From the NCBI GenBank assembly GCA_035283385.1, contig DATETZ010000179.1, positions 270 through 64,269 of the forward strand: 64,000 nt of DNA. The letters run 5' to 3'. The DNA comes from Hyphomicrobiaceae bacterium (GTDB taxonomy: Bacteria > Pseudomonadota > Alphaproteobacteria > Rhizobiales > Hyphomicrobiaceae). Positions 61,418 to 64,000 of this stretch are shown piece after piece. The notes under the pieces are model-generated. The model did no database searches, was not told the DNA's origin, and saw nothing but the letters and a program-made list of their open reading frames with translations. Position 1 is the first letter of the stretch. Each line of letters opens with the position of its first letter. Both the position numbers and the translations under genes were made by a program.

Positions 61418-62890
61418 ATGCCCGAGATCCCGACCGGTGCCGTCTACCTGCTTGCCGCGGCGGTAGCGCTGCTTCTCTACGTGCTGGCGTGGCGCGCGAC
61501 ACGGCCTTTGTCGTCGCGTGCAAAGCTCGTTGCGCGAGGCGGGATTGCTATTCTGCTCTTTGCGCCGCTGCTCGCGGTCGTGACGCTCGATTCATGGATG
61601 CCGCGCGAGGCGCCCGCCGTGTCCGAGCCGACCGCGGGGGCCACGCCACCAATCGAGATCAAGCCCTCCGAACGAAGCGAGCCGAATGCAGCCGGCCCCG
61701 AGCCGGTCGAGCCCGCGCCGCTTCCCGCGGTGAGCGGAGAGGCGCCGCCGGCCGGTGAAGGCGGCGCGCGCCCCGACACGGTCATTCGCGACAAGGCGAT
61801 GGAGCTCCCCAAGGCGAACGGCGGTGGCGCGCCGCCACCTGGCGCTGGAGCCGAAGGCGATTGGGACGTCGTTCCCGTTTTCTACGGGACGGACCGCGCG
61901 CGGGCGACGAATCCGGAGCGCCTCGAATACGGACCGCTCCGTGGCCGCCGGCTCGATTTGGGGCGCGTGCTCGTCACGGTGCCGAGAAGTCATGTCGTGC
62001 CCACTATCGAACGGCCGTGGGCCATCCGAATTCCCTATCTCGATGTGACGATCTACGAGCAGGCCGAGGACCCCAACAAGCATTTCACGATGAAGGAAGT
62101 GAAGGGGCTTTCGCGCGAGGAGTTCTTGGGTCTCGTGCGTGAGCGGCTCGGAGCCTCCATCGCCTACAAGGACCACGCCTTCATCTTCGTGCACGGCTAC
62201 AACACGAGCTTCGATTTCGCGATCTTCCGCACCGCGCAGATCGCTTATGACTTGAAGTTCGATGGCGCGCCCTTCGCCTATAGCTGGCCGTCGGGCGGCG
62301 GGGTGTCGAGCTACACCTACGATCGCGAAAGCTCGGGCCAGTCGCAGCCCTTCCTCAAGGAGTTCGTCGAGCTGGTGCTCAAGGAGACGGGCGCGAAGTC
62401 CGTGAGCGTCATCGCGCACAGCATGGGCAACCAGCCGCTGCTGCAGGTCTTGAAGGACCTGAAGGCTGCGAAACCCGATGGTGTGGTCATGAGCCAGGTC
62501 ATCCTGGCGGCCCCCGATGTCGATCGCGACAATTTCGAGAATATCGCGCGCGAGCTGCAAGGGCTCGCGAGCGGCATCACGCTCTATGCGGCCTCGAACG
62601 ACCGGGCGCTGCACGTGTCGCGCGAATTCTACGGCGGCGTGCCGCGTGCGGGCGATGTGCCCGCGACGGGGCCCCTCATCTTGCCGGGGATCGATACGAT
62701 CGACGTGACCGCCGCCAGCACCGACAGCCTGAGCCTCAACCATTCGGGTTATGCGGAGAACAACGCGCTCTTGAAAGACATCGGCCTTCTGATCCAGTCG
62801 GGGTTGAGGCCTCCCGCGAAACGCTTTCCGAGTTTCGAGACCGTGCCGACCGACAAAGGCGAATACTGGCGCTTCCGCGCCAATCCGTGA
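61418..62890 (+). CDS. Membrane-anchored DUF900-type alpha/beta hydrolase
   Basis: Two N-terminal TM helices, Pro linker, VFYGTDR, FVHGYN, YSWPS, AHSMGN, LAAPDVD, H. Confidence 0.85.
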   Translation: MPEIPTGAVYLLAAAVALLLYVLAWRATRPLSSRAKLVARGGIAILLFAPLLAVVTLDSWMPREAPAVSEPTAGATPPIEIKPSERSEPNAAGPEPVEPAPLPAVSGEAPPAGEGGARPDTVIRDKAMELPKANGGGAPPPGAGAEGDWDVVPVFYGTDRARATNPERLEYGPLRGRRLDLGRVLVTVPRSHVVPTIERPWAIRIPYLDVTIYEQAEDPNKHFTMKEVKGLSREEFLGLVRERLGASIAYKDHAFIFVHGYNTSFDFAIFRTAQIAYDLKFDGAPFAYSWPSGGGVSSYTYDRESSGQSQPFLKEFVELVLKETGAKSVSVIAHSMGNQPLLQVLKDLKAAKPDGVVMSQVILAAPDVDRDNFENIARELQGLASGITLYAASNDRALHVSREFYGGVPRAGDVPATGPLILPGIDTIDVTAASTDSLSLNHSGYAENNALLKDIGLLIQSGLRPPAKRFPSFETVPTDKGEYWRFRANP

Positions 62891-62994
62891 CGCGATAGCT
62901 CGACCGAAGGCACAAGGTAAGGAAATCGCTTACCGGCGTTTGCGGCAGTCGCGGATCCGGTTCCGGTGTGTCGCGGCGCAGGTTCGAGGCACGC

Positions 62995-63954
62995 TCACTG
63001 GCTGGGGGCGGCGCCCCCTTCCTCGGCCTGCACGAGCCGCACGACCTCTTCGTACGAGCCGACCTTGTGGACCTTGTCGCCGCGGATCAGATAGAGCCAC
63101 TCGAGCTTGTCGCTCTTGGCGAGGTCGTCGGGGGTCACGGACTCGAGGGCGGCAAGGTTCTGCAACCGGAACAGGGCAGCCGATTCCGCCGCCTCGCCGC
63201 CGAGCTGTCGCCAGCCGTTCGAATCGGGCAGCCATTTTCTGGTTCGCTCCTGGAACACGACCTCGTTCAAGGCGGCGGGGGCGAGCTCTCCCCGCTTGAT
63301 CGACTCGAGGGCCATTTCGACGAACCCGATCTGAACCAGGCCCGAGCAAATGAACTCGCTCGGGGCAGTCCACTGCTGCTCGTTGTACCGTTCGAGCGTC
63401 CGTTCCCTGCCGCCCACTCCGTGCTGCACGCCGAACCAGACATTGCGCACGATGCGGCCGATGGCCCAGTAATTGTACGTGGCCTTGATGTGATCGAGCA
63501 GGAGGCCGCGCACGCGAGCCTTTTTCGACTCGTCGAACCAGTCGCGTTTGAACCGCTTGATGCCGATGAACGAGCTCTTGTCGCTGATATAGTCGCGCAG
63601 GTTCGTCAAGTCGACGCCGCTCGTGCCCGCCTCGATCACGAACGTGTTGGCGATCCCGGGCTCCTGGTTGGGGCGGTTGAACACGAGCGCGGCGTGCGAA
63701 AATGGCGAGCCGGTGGCCCAGCGGATCAGATAGGACGTAATGTCATAGTCGCGGCGCGTCAGCACCACGTCCGCGCGCACGAGGTAATCGCCGGCGAGGA
63801 AGGTGTCGATCGGCATCGGCCATACGTCGCCCCCGGCCGTCGCCGTCGGCTGTGTGCCCGGGCCGCTGACCGGAGGACTGACGGCGCCGATCTCGCTGGC
63901 GCTCGTCACAAGCCCAAGAGCAACGACAGCAAGACCGGCAAGCTTCACTTTCAT
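62995..63954 (-). CDS. Exported permuted papain-like NlpC/P60 (YiiX/YebB-like) hydrolase
   Basis: DVVLTR...SYLIR.ATGSPFSHAALV (His first), later FICSGLV (Cys) and VTPDDL. Confidence 0.75.
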   Translation of the reverse strand: MKVKLAGLAVVALGLVTSASEIGAVSPPVSGPGTQPTATAGGDVWPMPIDTFLAGDYLVRADVVLTRRDYDITSYLIRWATGSPFSHAALVFNRPNQEPGIANTFVIEAGTSGVDLTNLRDYISDKSSFIGIKRFKRDWFDESKKARVRGLLLDHIKATYNYWAIGRIVRNVWFGVQHGVGGRERTLERYNEQQWTAPSEFICSGLVQIGFVEMALESIKRGELAPAALNEVVFQERTRKWLPDSNGWRQLGGEAAESAALFRLQNLAALESVTPDDLAKSDKLEWLYLIRGDKVHKVGSYEEVVRLVQAEEGGAAPSQ

Positions 63955-64000
63955 GGGCGCGCTCCCTCGTGTCGTGAGCGGCAAATCGCTGATCCTAATC

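Overview
High-GC alphaproteobacterial chromosomal window; the Hyphomicrobiales-like assignment is inferred from gene content. It has four blocks. (1) 1-17.6 kb: a dispersed, incomplete leucine/isovalerate catabolic set (ivd, thiolase, mccB, mccA) interleaved with unrelated small genes and several families of palindromic repeats. (2) 17.6-46.5 kb: a large low-oxygen island. It holds a PAS hybrid kinase and an OmpR-type regulator (hFixL/FxkR-like), ccoNOQP-fixGHIS, hemN, a stand-alone pqqC, fixK, a hemerythrin-like gene, an ABC/MFP exporter, phaC, two usp genes, hsp20 and hypotheticals. Its wiring is readable in the DNA: a perfect K-box GTTACA-N4-GTTACA upstream of fixK and eight FNR/FixK boxes at consistent distances from start codons. 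(3) 46.7-53.6 kb: a hairpin-dense non-coding stretch (candidate ncRNA), glnB-glnA with a sigma54 promoter, nnr and arfB. (4) 53.7-64 kb: a cluster of exported hydrolases (lysozyme-like, S8, M23, DUF900-like, permuted NlpC/P60). I recognised no rRNA, tRNA, CRISPR array, integrase or transposase. All family assignments come from motif recognition by eye, not database searches.
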